Assembly (NCBI RefSeq): GCF_009914755.1
Contig: NC_060926.1
DNA length: 64,000 nucleotides
Origin: the human T2T-CHM13v2.0 reference genome, Homo sapiens
Direction: 5' to 3' (one strand)
The position numbers and the translations under genes were made by a program. Positions within the stretch are counted from its first letter, which is position 1; each line of letters opens with the position of its first letter. The notes beneath the pieces were generated by a model. It did not search any database. It was given only the letters and a program-made list of their open reading frames with translations, and was not told where the DNA came from. Positions 40,761 through 54,573 of this stretch are shown here, piece after piece.

Positions 40761-42435
40761 TATTGTAGAGATCTTTCACTTCCCTAATTAACTGTATTCC
40801 TATGTATTTTATTATTTTTGTAGTAATTGTGTTGGGGTTGTTTTCCTGATTTGGCTCTCAGCTTGAAAGTTGGTGGTGTATAGGAATGCTACTGACTTTT
40901 GTACATTAATTTTGTACCCTGAAACTTTGATCACATCGTGCATCAGATCTAGAGGCTTTTCAGCAGATACTATGGGGTTTTCCAGGTTTACAATCAGACC
41001 ATCTGCAAACAGGAATAGTTTGAGTTCCGCTCTTCCTATTTGGATGCCTGTAGTTCTTTCTCTTGCCTAATTGCCCTGGCCAGAACTTCCAATATTACAT
41101 TGAATAGGAGTGGTGAGAAAGGCATCCTTGTCTTGTGTTGGTTTTCAAGGGGAATTTTTTCAGCTTTTGCCTATTCAGTATGATGTTCCCTGTGGGTTTT
41201 TCAAGATGTTCCATATTATTTTGAAGAATGTTCCTTCACTGCCTAGTTTTGTTTAAAACATGTTGAAATTCATGGAAAGCCTTTTCTGCATCTGTTGAGA
41301 TGATCATGTGGTTTTTGTTTTCAGTTATGTTTATGTGGTAAATCACATTTATTGATTTGTATATGTTGAACCAAACTTGCATTCCAGGAGTAAAGCGTAC
41401 TTGATCATGGTGGATTAGCTTTTTTGATATACTGTTGGATTTGCTTGACTGCTATTTTGCTGAGGATTTTTTGCATCTATGTTCATCAAGGATATTGCCC
41501 TGAAGTTTTCTTTTATTGTTGTGCCTCTGCCAGGTTTTGGTATCTAGATAATGCTGGCCTCATAGAATGAGTTAGGAAGGAGTACCTCCTCCTCAATTTT
41601 TTGGAATAGTTTCAGGAGGAATGGTACCAACATTTCCTTTTACATCTGGTAGAATTAGAGTGTGATCTGCCTAGTGCTGGGCTTTTTCTGATTGGCAGGC
41701 TTTTTATTACTGACTCAATTTTGGAACATTTTATTGGTCTGTTCAGGATTCAAACTCTTCCTGGGTCAGTGTTTGGATCAGCTACTTGAGAGGCCGAGTC
41801 AGCCATGCTGGAGTGCAGTGGCCCAATCTCAGCTCACTGAAATCTCCACCTCCTGGGTTCAAAGAGATTCTCTTGCCTCAGCCTCACGAGTAGCTGGGGT
41901 TACAGGTGTACACCCCGCCCAGCTAATTTGGCTAATTTTTGTATTTTTAGTAGAGATGGGGTTTCACCATGTTGACCAGGCTGGTCTCGAACTCCTGACC
42001 TCAGGTGACCCACCCACCTTAGCCTCCCAAAGTGTGGGATTACAGGTGTGAGCTACCATGCCTGATCTCTTTCTAACTTTTTGATGTGGGTATTTAGTAA
42101 TATAACACAGTTTTGACTGTAGCAGAAATTCTGATATGTTGCATATTTTTCTCACTAATTTCAAAGAATTTATTGATTTCTGCCTTAATTTCATTATCAG
42201 CTCAGATGTCATTCAGGAGCAGGTTGTTTGATTTCCATTTATTTGTATTGTTTTCATTGATTTTCTTAGCATTGATTTCTATTTTTATTGCACTGTCATT
42301 CAAGAGTGTGGTTGTTATGATTTCAGTTTTTTTGTATTTGCTGAGGGTTGTTTCATGCCCAATCGTGTGGTCAGTTTCAGAGTTTGCACCGTATGCAATG
42401 AGAAGAGTGTATATCCTGTTGTTTTGGGGTGGGTA
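40761..42435 (-). mobile_element. Older L1P ORF2 fragment, interrupted by an Alu
   Basis: Colinear with, but more diverged than, ~56060-57850 of the full-length L1. Confidence 0.88.
41799..42065 (-). mobile_element. AluS lacking its A-tail
   Basis: Starts at tcagccatgctggagtgcagtgg with no poly-T. Confidence 0.9.
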
Positions 42436-42463
42436 TTAAGGTGGATTGTGCCCAAAAATATTA

Positions 42464-43069
<606 letters not shown>

Positions 43070-43376
43070 TCAGTTACTCATTCGTTTATCTGAAACAACC
43101 AAAAAAAAAAAATCACAAATAAGGCAAGAAAAATAGAAACATGCAGAAAGTGACACAGTTCTGCTTCTAATTACATTTCCTCCAATGCCTTTGCTATCTT
43201 TTGGCTAAATTTGCTGTTCGTGTTCTCCAGGTTCCACAAGCATTGCCACACACATCACCTTCCAATATTTAGTATTTTATTTAAAAAATGTGCATGTACA
43301 AAAATTTAAAAAGGATTAAGTGTGTATTATATAGAATTACAGTAAAATTAATACAACTATGTAATCACTTTGCAGC

Positions 43377-43822
43377 TATGATGGATGCTGTATGTGCCAC
43401 TGAAATTACCTTTCTCTAATAATGAGACTTCATTTTCTCAGTTGCCAAGAGTTTTGGCTTTTCACAACTCATGGTTAATACTTCTATAGAAACTGCTTTT
43501 GGACAAAAGCTGTTGGCTTTTCCAAAGTCACAGTACTTCCCTGGGACAGAACTCATTCAATTACAGGTTTACAGGTGAGTACAAATGCTCAACACCATTG
43601 CCTTGAATAAGACAAATTTTAAATGAAATCTGAGCTTCAGAGCTCACCATTGAGTCAGCTGAGCCTCCTGCGTTTTTTCTATAGTTCAATTTCTTTTTCT
43701 GTCTAACCTTACTTCTCTCACACCTTTACAGGTATTTTTTTCACAAGAGCACTGCCTAGCAAGGTCCATGAATGCAAATTTCTGCCTCAAAGTCTGTTTC
43801 CCAAGGAATCTAACCTATAGGG
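43377..43822 (+). mobile_element. LTR16C-like 5' LTR
   Basis: atggatgctg...ccaaagtcac...gcttcagagctc...gcaaatttctgcctcaaagtctgtttcccaaggaatctaacct. Confidence 0.78.
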
Positions 43823-45699
43823 TTGATAACAATGTTGATCCTAGAAAGCAGAATTTAAAATGGGATTTTAGAAATGCACTATTCACTGGGCTCCTGGCAA
43901 TGAGGACCCTAATTAAAAGTAGCAGATAGAATACTAATAGCTGTGACATGGCATAGAAGTGCAATTGTTAAAACGTACACTGGTGATTAACTGGTCTGGA
44001 ATACTAGTCAAAATGAATGCATTTGGTGGGCACACTATCTGAAGTATTTGAGACATATGGAAAAATAATAAGTACTATGGAATTGGATGGGGTTAACCAT
44101 GCATTGAAGAAAAACACTGAAAGGTTTACAGTGATTAATCACCAATTTAAGGTGACATGTTTGGAAGTATATAAAGAAACTCATTTGCTGTGGTAAGAAG
44201 GCAGAAAAAGATCATCAGGTACAGGATTTAATTATAGTGGTAGCAGAGATCCAGAAAAGGATAATGTTCAGTTACAGCATGTCTGGTCAGCTAACTAAGA
44301 TCAGTGCCTTATTGGGAAGGCATGGGACTCTAGACTCAGGATAGGGACATCTAAGTCAATGTACTTGAAAAATTCAATTCCTAGTTTACCCTGAGCTCTC
44401 TGCACCTGAAGAATTGGTCCACTCCTTGTTAGAGGGTAATGGTCCCTTTTGCTGGAATATGATGCAGAACCTCTCCCTTAAAAGACATCATGTGAATGAC
44501 CTCGGGATTTGCTGCCCTCTCTCATCTTGAATACCAAAACAATAAGTACAGTCACGTTACAACAGAAATTAGCTGGAAAAATACTGGCATTGTGAAAGGT
44601 TAAAAGGGAATTTGCAGAAGTTGCTGCAGAACCTAGCCACATACATACACCAACAAGAGGCACAGGAGTATGTAGAATTGAATTCTGATGGTACCAGATA
44701 GGTGTGTAGGAATGGGTTTGTGGCAGAAATTTGGATAAGGGAATGCTTGCTCATATGGAAAGTCTGTCCATGATAAAAGATTTAAAACATTGACAAGGAT
44801 CCCAGGAAATATTACTAACAAGTTGCTAAGATAATTCTTAGAAGTTCAGAAAAAATATGACACATAATATGGGATAAAGAAATTCCAAAATTTCCATAGA
44901 AGACACTAGAGAAAAAAACAAAAAGCTCAAATAAGTGGCTAAGTGGCCATGCTAGAAAATCCACCTATTCTAGAAGATACTCTATTAACAAAGCAATAAA
45001 AATTTCACTTTTGACAAGGGCAGCAGAATTGTTGAAAAAGTTGATGTTGTCTGTTCTTTGGGCCTAGGGCTGATGGCAAGAGATACTCTTAAATGCTAAT
45101 TTATTTGATAGCAATGGAGATGAAAGTAATTCAAGGTAAATTCCTATTGACAGCAAGAAGAGCCTGACTCACCGAGATCTCTATAGATAGTGACTTGAGC
45201 ATTATGTTTCTGGAGGCAAAATAGATGGACATCAACAATGGTATAGATTAGTTTATGCAAACAAAATAAATCAAGGATGAATATTGAGAAGCCTAGGGAC
45301 ACAATTCTCATAAAAATTCACGGCATCTTGCTCAGTTTATGGAACTGATCTAGTTCTCAGGTGTAGAATGACTGAGTCTCTAAGAGAAAGAATCCTACAA
45401 TATTACAAATATTTACAGGACTGATTTCCCCAGACCTCTCTCCAAATTAACCTAAGGCCATTTCTCAGGTTATTGTGAGAGGATAACTGAACTTTTCAAG
45501 GACTGTTGCATACAGTGCCTCAGATGATATTTAAACCAGGCCCTAAGTATCGTTACATCGTCCCATTAGATTGAATATGTATGAGAGACTTGGCTTAGTC
45601 TGGTTCACAGTGTGTTCATGTGGTCCATGGATCCACATGATGATAATATTCCTGGATGACAAATGTATAATTTACTCGTATATTTGTTATTATCATTAT

Positions 45700-46000
45700 C
45701 TTTCAGAAAGAGTCTTGCTGTGTCACCCAGGCTGGAGTACAGTGGCATAATCATGGCTCACTGTAACCTCAAACTCCTGGGCCCAAGTGATCCTCCTGCC
45801 TCAAGCTCTCAAGTAGCTGTAACTATAGGTGCAGGCAACTGTGACTGGCCAATTGTATTTTTGTTTTTGTTTTTGTTTTGTTTTTTACTGATGAGGTTTG
45901 CTATGTTGTCCAAGCTTCTTGGAAACTCCTGGACTCAAATGTTTTTCCTGCCTTGACCTCCTAAAGGGTTGGGATTATAGATGTGAGAGACCAAGCCTGG
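45700..46000 (-). mobile_element. AluJ inside the ERVL
   Basis: ctcaaactcctgggcccaagtgatcctcctgcctc. Confidence 0.88.
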
Positions 46001-48562
46001 TTTATAAATATATAATTAGAATAAAGATACTTAATAGTTATCAGAATACACAGATTTATTCCTTTGCCAGTGGGTTAAGAGCTATTATAATCAGAAAAAG
46101 GCAAATGGTGGATTCTGAAACTGCTCCCCACTGGGCAAGATAGTAATGTAAAAATAGTATAACCTCCCCCAGGAATGAGAAAGGCCAAGATAGTGCCGCT
46201 TCAAAAAATACTGTAGGGATGGTCTCCATAATACACCATTTAATTTGCCAGTCTGTCCCCTACAAAAACCAGAAGTATGCTGGCAAATGCCAATGGATTA
46301 CAAAAAACTCAACCATGTAGTAGTTCTAATTGCAACTGCTAGAGTAGATCAACATAGGCTCAGCTACATGGCATGTGGCCATTGATCTGGCAAGGGAGTT
46401 CATTTCTATCCTGGTCATAACAAAATTAGTTCTCATTCATATTAGTCAGGCAAAGATATTCATCTACTGTCCTGTCCCAAGAACATGTTAATCTCTTGCC
46501 CTCCATTATAATATAAGCCAAAGGTATTGGACTGTCTGGACTTTCTGCAGAACACTTTTGTTCACTATACCACTGACATCATGTGATTTGTAACAGATGA
46601 ACAAGAATTTGCAGGCATGTTAGTGACCTTTGTAAGAAACGTACACTAAAGAAGGTGGAAAATAAATCCTATAAAAAACTTAGCAACATGACATATAAGT
46701 AAAATGTTTAGGGGTTTAGTGGTCTGAGGCCTGCCAAAAAAGCTATTTTAAATTAAATAATGGTTTTTTAATCTATATTATAATTTTGCCCCTTTCTCTA
46801 CTAAGATGGAAACACAATGCCTGGTAGACTTCTTTAGATTCTAGAAGCAACATATCACATGTGTGAACATCTTTCTCTAGTCGATATTCCTGGTGATGTA
46901 AAAGGCTGCTAGTTTTTAGTGGGGCTTTGTATAAGAAAGAGCTCCTTAGGACATCCAGATTGCAGTGAAGCTGTCCTAATGCTTGGACCATAAGACTTAC
47001 CAGTTTTTATTCTATCTTTGATGGAATAAGATGCTAAACAACATAAGTGAAGTTCATGGCCAGCCACAAAAGGAGAATCTTCTGGGGTTATAGTGTATGG
47101 TCATGCCTTCTATTCAGCATTAAAAATAGCCCCTAGCAAGGTACTATGCCCTGATAGAGGCAGAGTATCTGATTTTGGGACCTCAAGTGATTGTGAAGCT
47201 ATAACTGGAAGTTTGTCATAAGCTAAAGTCTCCCAGATCCACTAAGTCATAAAACCTGATGGGCCCTACAGCAACCAAGTGCAAAACTGAATATATCTGG
47301 GATTAGGCACAAGCCAGACCAAAGGCACAAATAATTTACAAGATCAGAAATTCGAGACCCCACATTAGCCACTACTGTCATGTTAGTTCTCCTTGGCTCT
47401 TACCTATTGCTGCATGGGTTGGGGATGCCCCTCATTTTCAGCAGAAGGAAGAGAAAAAGTGCTAGTTTAGTTCGTAGATAAGATGGCATAATATATGGGT
47501 CCAAGACAAAAATAAACTTCTGCTTTGTGTCAGACTCATTCAAGGTGTTCTGGAAATCTACTTGTGATAGAAGTTTAGCACTGCACCTTATCATTCACTT
47601 TGTGTAGAAAGAAAAGTCGTGAAGTAAGAACATTCATGAAATTGCAGGTAGTGGGAAACAAAGGACAGATTTGCCAGGACCCTGCAAGCAGAAATAGTGA
47701 AAGGTGAAGAATGAGAAAAATGTAAGAAACAGGCATATTGATGGACTCATAAGGGTTGGAATAAACTGTTAAGACCTTTACACTAAAAGAAAAAGAAATA
47801 GAAAGAAGCACCTACCATGGAAGAAGTTATTTGATTTGACTTTTCTGACCATCAGGCTTCTGTAAACACCACGCTCTGGAACATACTGAGTGATCTAACA
47901 ATAAGGGGTTGTGCATAACAACACTTCAGGAAAAAAGCAGCTTTTTTTCTGTAAATAATGCACTTTACAGTAAAAGAGTTGTAGCAATAGACACAAAACC
48001 TTGGAAAACACTGGCTCTGTCACATATTGGATCACCCAGAAGCTGCTAGCCAGTTAAAAATTGGAACAGCCTTATGACAGTGTAGCTAAGACAGTTGCTT
48101 GGAATTGTATCCTGGTAGAATAAGACGTCATAATCTAGAACAAGAATATATTCTAAATCAATAATCATTTTATAGTGCAGTGTTTCAGGAGGTTGAATAC
48201 ATTGGGTGTGGAACCCAAAAGATGGAAATAGAAATAAACCCACTTTTCACTTGCAGTGAGTGTCTTGGAGAATGAGTACTTCCCATTTCTACAATTCTGT
48301 GCACTTTGGGTCTATAAACCCTGCTTCTCAGAGGGAGGACATTTCCACCAGAGGACACTAGTAAATGTTCATTAAGAAGTTCTATGGCTGCTCTGTCTCC
48401 TTGGGCTTCTTGTGCCCAAAGAGCCTACTTAAATAAATAAGTCAATATAATGACAGCTTAAATTGGCCCCCATTATTAAGAGGAAATAGGCGCTACTGTC
48501 AAAAATAGGGAAGGGGAAGAATATGTTTGACAATTATATAGTTCAATATGGTACCTCTTGCT

Positions 48563-48873
48563 TCTTTTTTTTTTTTTTTTTTTTATATTTTTTGAGACTG
48601 AGTCTAGCTCTGTAGCCCAGGCTGGAGTGCAGCGCAGGATCTCAGCTCATTGCAGGCTCCGCCTCCCAGGTTCATGCCATTCTTCTGCCTCAGCCTCCCG
48701 ATTAGCTGGGACTACAAGCGCCCGCCACTACACCTGGCTAATTTTTTGAATTTTTAGTAGAGACAGGGTTTCACTGTGTTAGCCAGGATGGTCTCGATCT
48801 CCTGACCTCGTGATCCACCTGCCTTGGCCTCCCAAAGTGCTGGGATTACAGGCGTGAGCCTCCGCACCTGGCC
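48563..48873 (-). mobile_element. AluY-like element inside the ERVL
   Basis: TSD acctcttgcttcttttt (48553) / acctcttgctacttttt (48874). Confidence 0.95.
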
Positions 48874-49218
48874 ACCTCTTGCTACTTTTTGACCAACTTT
48901 GATGATAAATGAAAGATGTGCAACAGCAATCTGAGAATGCATGGTGACCAGTGGTGCAGATCCCTGACCAAATAAGCCTTATCGACCACAAGAGATGCTA
49001 TCTAAGGGAGACGCGTATCTAAAATAGTTACAGAGAAGGAAAATATTGACACCAGTTGTCCTCTAGATTAGCTGCTGCCATGGGCCTGTGGTTCATCTCA
49101 TTCTTTCTTCTTTTAAGTTTCTTCAAGAAAAAAAGACAAACTAGAGTCCCAGAGAAACGATTTGCAAATGGGGAGAACTTTCTACACAAAGTAGATAAAA
49201 ACACAGCAAAAAGTTGGC

Positions 49219-50032
49219 AGTAGTAAATTCTCTGGTGTTTCGTCCAGATTCCCCTTTCACAATTGTTTGCTAGAGATGCCATAACAAAATACCCAAAACT
49301 GGGAGACTTAAACAACATAAATCTATTTTCTCATACTTTTGGAGCCTAGAAGTCCAAGATCAAGGTGTCAGCAGATTTGGTATCTTTTGAGGCTTTTCTC
49401 CTTAACTCGCAGTTGGCTGCCTTCTTGCTGTGTCCTCATGTGGTCTTTCCTCTGTGCCCCTGATGTCTCTTTGTAGGTCCAAATTTTCTCTTCTTATAAG
49501 AACACCAGTCACATTGTATTAGGACCCTCCCTTACAGGCTAATTTTAATTTAATCACCTCTGTAAAGGGCCTATCTCAAAGTATACTCACATTTTGAAAT
49601 ACTGGGGAGTTAGGGTTTCAACACATAAATTTGGGGAGAACACAATTCAGGCCAAAACAATGATTGTTATGGCTCTCAATGAGGCTCTCATTCCCAAAAG
49701 TTTATGGGACTTTTGTCTGTTGAGGCCTTCTACAGGAAATGCTCTTAACTAAAGAGACACCTGACCCAAGTCATGTCTCTTGTTGTGGACATTTTGCAAT
49801 CAATGACTTGTCACTGCAAGACTACAAGGGCATAGAACACTTATCTCAATTTGGGTAAATTTTAAAGAGTTATCTTAGCTTCTAAATGTTCCGAAGGTGT
49901 TAGGCTGAGGCTTTTTTTTTTTTTTAATTTGCAAATATATTACACTTCAACCACTATCTGGCCAATTGGGCCTCTGTCACTCCCTTAACGATTATATCCT
50001 TGAGACCACTCCCCTAAAACTCCTATATGCAA
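49219..50032 (+). mobile_element. LTR16C-like 3' LTR, interrupted by MLT1B
   Basis: ccagattcccctt...acccaagtcatg...tcaatgacttgtc...taggctgaggc...gagaccactccccta; same motif order as 43377-43822. Confidence 0.7.
49263..49659 (-). mobile_element. MLT1B-like MaLR solo LTR
   Basis: gccataacaaaatacc...agaagtccaagatcaaggtgtcagcag...acacaattcaggccaaaaca. Confidence 0.88.
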
Positions 50033-50129
50033 TGTGGCTTGGTACGCTCAGTCAATAAAAGAAAAAGAGAGTCATTACCAGAACCTCGGATTCTCTCCAA
50101 ATATGGTTTCCAGTCAATTACCATCTCCA

Positions 50130-51290
50130 TAGATGGTTTTTACTTGTTTGTGAACTTTATAAAAACAGTTTTCATTAATATATTCCTTTTTGCCTGGATG
50201 TTTACTCTCGACATTATGATTTAAAAATGTATTGATGTTGTAGAATGAGGCAGTAGTTTAAACTAATATGTAATAGTCAATTGTATGAATATACCATGAT
50301 ATATTTTCTACTGGTTATGAATATTTGAATTATTTTAAGTTTGGGTCTACTATGAATGATTCTACCATTAACATTCTTTCGTGTGTCTTTTGTGTGTCAT
50401 AAGTGTGCATGCATTTGTATTATGTATACATAGACATAAAAAGCATATGTATTAACTATATAACTCAGAATGTATTTTCTGAGTCAGAGGATATGTATTT
50501 ATTTATCTTTAGTAAATACCATCAAAAAATTTTAGACATTACATAAATATTTGTCAACCTCCCCAGCAATATAAGACAGCGTATCTTTCTTCACATTTGC
50601 CAGAACTTGCTATAATGAGTCTTCTTAATTTCACCCATTCTGGTATGTGTAGAGATATTCATTAAAAGATTAACAATTTCTCTATTGTAGAATGCCTATT
50701 CTAGTGTTCCCAGTTTTCTTTGGATTGTCTATATTATTGCTTTTAGGAATACTTTACATAATCTGGACACAAGATTTTTGTTGATTATATGCAGTATATG
50801 TATTTATTCATCTTTTTTTAGTGTATGGGCTGCCTTGTACTCTCTTGGTTGTATCTTTTTATGAACAAAAACTCCTTAGTAATTATTTCATTTATAATTT
50901 GTGTTTTTTACATACTCATTGATTCTTCCATTTTATTGAGATGTTTTATTTTGTTATTTTTTCTGGAGGTTTTCCTGATATATCTTAGAAAATCAGATTT
51001 CAATGTCTGTAATTGATTTTTTGTTTGCTATGAGGGAAGGGGTAAAGATTCATTTTTTTCCTATATGTATGTTTAATTGATCCTAGACCATTTATAGAAA
51101 AGACTGGCAATTCCTCAATGCTCTGCAGTTTCAACTTTGTCTCACATCAAGTGTTCATATATTGTGAATCTGTTTCTGATCTATATTCTGCTAGAATGGC
51201 CTATTTGTCTCTACTCGTACCTTCATCAAGCTGTCTAAATTACTGTAGTTTTCAAGTTTTAATATCTGATAGTGTAAATTATTCAACTTG
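50130..51290 (-). mobile_element. Degraded L1ME ORF2 and 3' region
   Basis: ttgtatgaatataccat, accatttatagaaaagact, tctgtttctgatctatattctg. Confidence 0.6.
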
Positions 51291-52011
51291 ACTATATATT
51301 AACTAAAGCAAAATGTTAAACAGATGGAACTGAAATAAAAGTTATACTTAATTTAATTTTGAACTTTCAGAATTTTAATATTAGCAGAGGAGGTGAAATC
51401 TATTTGAAAATCCAAATGATATTTCTTGGCAATAGGGCAGACAAGTCAGTCAGTGAAATTCTTTCCCAGTGCCGTTCACTTCAAAATGCTGAATAAAATT
51501 ATTACAACCTTTTTCTGCATATTTGACTTGGTCATAAAGTTTATGAACTACTCAAAGGCCAGAAATGACAAGAAAGAAATGACAATGACAAACCTATGGT
51601 GGCAATAACCAGTTTTGAGAATAATATCTGTTGCGAGTGTTTTCTGAGGATTTCTGATTGAAGACACACTTACATAAAGCCTTATTTTCAAGATAATATC
51701 TCAATAGGTAATCTAGGTGGAGGAAAGCAAATCCGAAGTATGGGGTGGTATAGACATTGGTCTTTGCTTTAGTTATGGGAATAACAAAAAATAAATTTAA
51801 AAAATTATTGAAATCTTTTGCCATACGTGTTAATTAAATGGGTTAAACACTGAATTTCACATTATCAGAACAGCACCCAAACTTCGTTGCTAAAAAATTT
51901 AAAGAGATGCTTGGAATTAATTTAAAAGTATATTATCTTATTTTAACTTTTTTGTTCATGGTAACTATTGACATTAAGCATCTTTTCAACTTATTGGTGC
52001 TTACTATACAG

Positions 52012-52504
52012 TGAGGACTAAAGTCTCACCTTTTTAAAATTTATTCTCTTGCCCAAATTCTTGACAAAGGGGTCTGGGGAGTCACCCCCTACAAAATCAT
52101 AAAGTCTCATCAGAAGGGTTTTATTTAACCCTATATAACATGGCCTGCTTTCCAACCTGACTCTGGCATAGCATCACATAACAAATAAGGAAATAAATAA
52201 AAATATTTTAGCCCTAAATATATTTCCTTGTCATATATTGAAACTGCCCTGCAAAATTGTCTCTTGTGGGAAAAATCTACATTCTGTAGAGAGTCTCCTT
52301 TTCCCTTTTTTCATCTTTCCAGATCCACGAGATACTCAACTAAGAGTCAGTCACCCCTTTAAGTCCAATAAAGAAACGCTTCACCACCTTGGGCACATGT
52401 TCTCAGAATCTCCTGAGGGCTGTGTCACAGGCCATGCTCACTCATATTTGGCTCAGAATAAATCTCTTCAAATATTTTACAGAGTGTGACTCTTTTCATC
52501 AATA
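52012..52504 (+). mobile_element. MER4-family (MER4D-like) ERV1 solo LTR
   Basis: tgaggactaaa...ccaccttgggcacatgttctcag...ctcagaataaatctcttcaaatattttacagag. Confidence 0.85.
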
Positions 52505-52565
52505 AGAAATAAAGATATGGATATATTATATATATAATCTAATATATATAGATTAGACATATATA

Positions 52566-53350
<785 letters not shown>

Positions 53351-54573
53351 TATATGGCTAGATATATGGACAGAGAACAAAAGAGATAGAACAAGAGAGA
53401 GAGAGATTTAAATGTCTTGTCAAAACATTTGCCCATTTTCATTTAGTGTTTGTTTTCTGTATTAATCTACAGTTATTCTTTAAACTTTATATTATGAATA
53501 CAAATATTTTGAAGATGAATACATTGCACATATTTTATACAAGTCAGTTGCTTCCATTTCAAAAAATTGTCCTTTCCTTAATGTCATTTTAATATCAAAA
53601 TATATTAATATGGATAAACTCAAGTGTATCACTTTTTTAAGGTTAATTTTTTTGTACATTCAAAAAATCCTGGCCTACCTGAAAGTTGCAGACTTTTTTT
53701 CCTATATTTTCTTGTAGAAATTTTGCCATTTATGTCTTAAGTTTAGATTTGTGCTTCTCAAAAATTTTACCATTGCATGTAAGTTGTTGAATTTATTGAA
53801 ATAATTGCTTCTATTATCTCATTTTTATTTTAGTGTTCTTTTTTATTTGTGATATTAACAAATTGTGATTTTTTTCTGAATCAATCTCGCTGTTTTAATA
53901 ATTTTATTCTTTTCAAAAAACTCAATTTATATTATATTGATTTGTCTCCATTATTTTTGTTATATTCTATTTAACTGAATTATGCTTCCAGCTTTATTAT
54001 TCTTTCCTTCTAGTTATTTATTTATTTATTTTTGTCTAGACTAAAGTAAAATCAGAGTTTTTGATGTTAGGTCTTCATTTTGTCAATATAAATGTTAAAA
54101 TTATAAATTTTCCTCTAAGCACTGCTTTAGCTCCATCAAAAAAACTTGACATGTTATGACAATACCATTAAGTGAAAATATGTCTAATTCCCTTTATTCT
54201 TTCACTCATGGATTATTTATAAGTGTAGGGTTCACTTTTCAATTATTTGGGATTTTAAAAATTAATGTATCTTTCCTACAGATTTATAAATATAATCAGT
54301 TTTTATAAGACAGCATATTATGTTTATTTTAATCATTTAAACTTACTCATTTTTTAATTTTAAGTTTTGGGATACATGTGCAGAACACGCAGGTTTGTTA
54401 TATAGATATACATGTGTCATGGTGGTTTGCTGCACCTATCAACCCTTCATCTAGGTTTTAAGTCCCACATGCATTACAAATTTGTCTTAATGCTCTCCCT
54501 CCCCTTGCTCCACACACCCCAACAGGCTCCAGCGTGTGATGTTCCCCTCCCTGTGTCCATGCGTTCTCATTGT

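Larger units (their letters stand above)
43823..49218 (+). mobile_element. ERVL-class internal region (ERV3-16A3_I/HERV16-like) with a decayed pol
   Basis: RT motifs PFNLPVCPLQKPEVCWQMPMDYKKLNHVV (~46236-46322), WHVAIDLA (~46368-46391), VHYTTDIM (~46560-46583). Confidence 0.85.
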
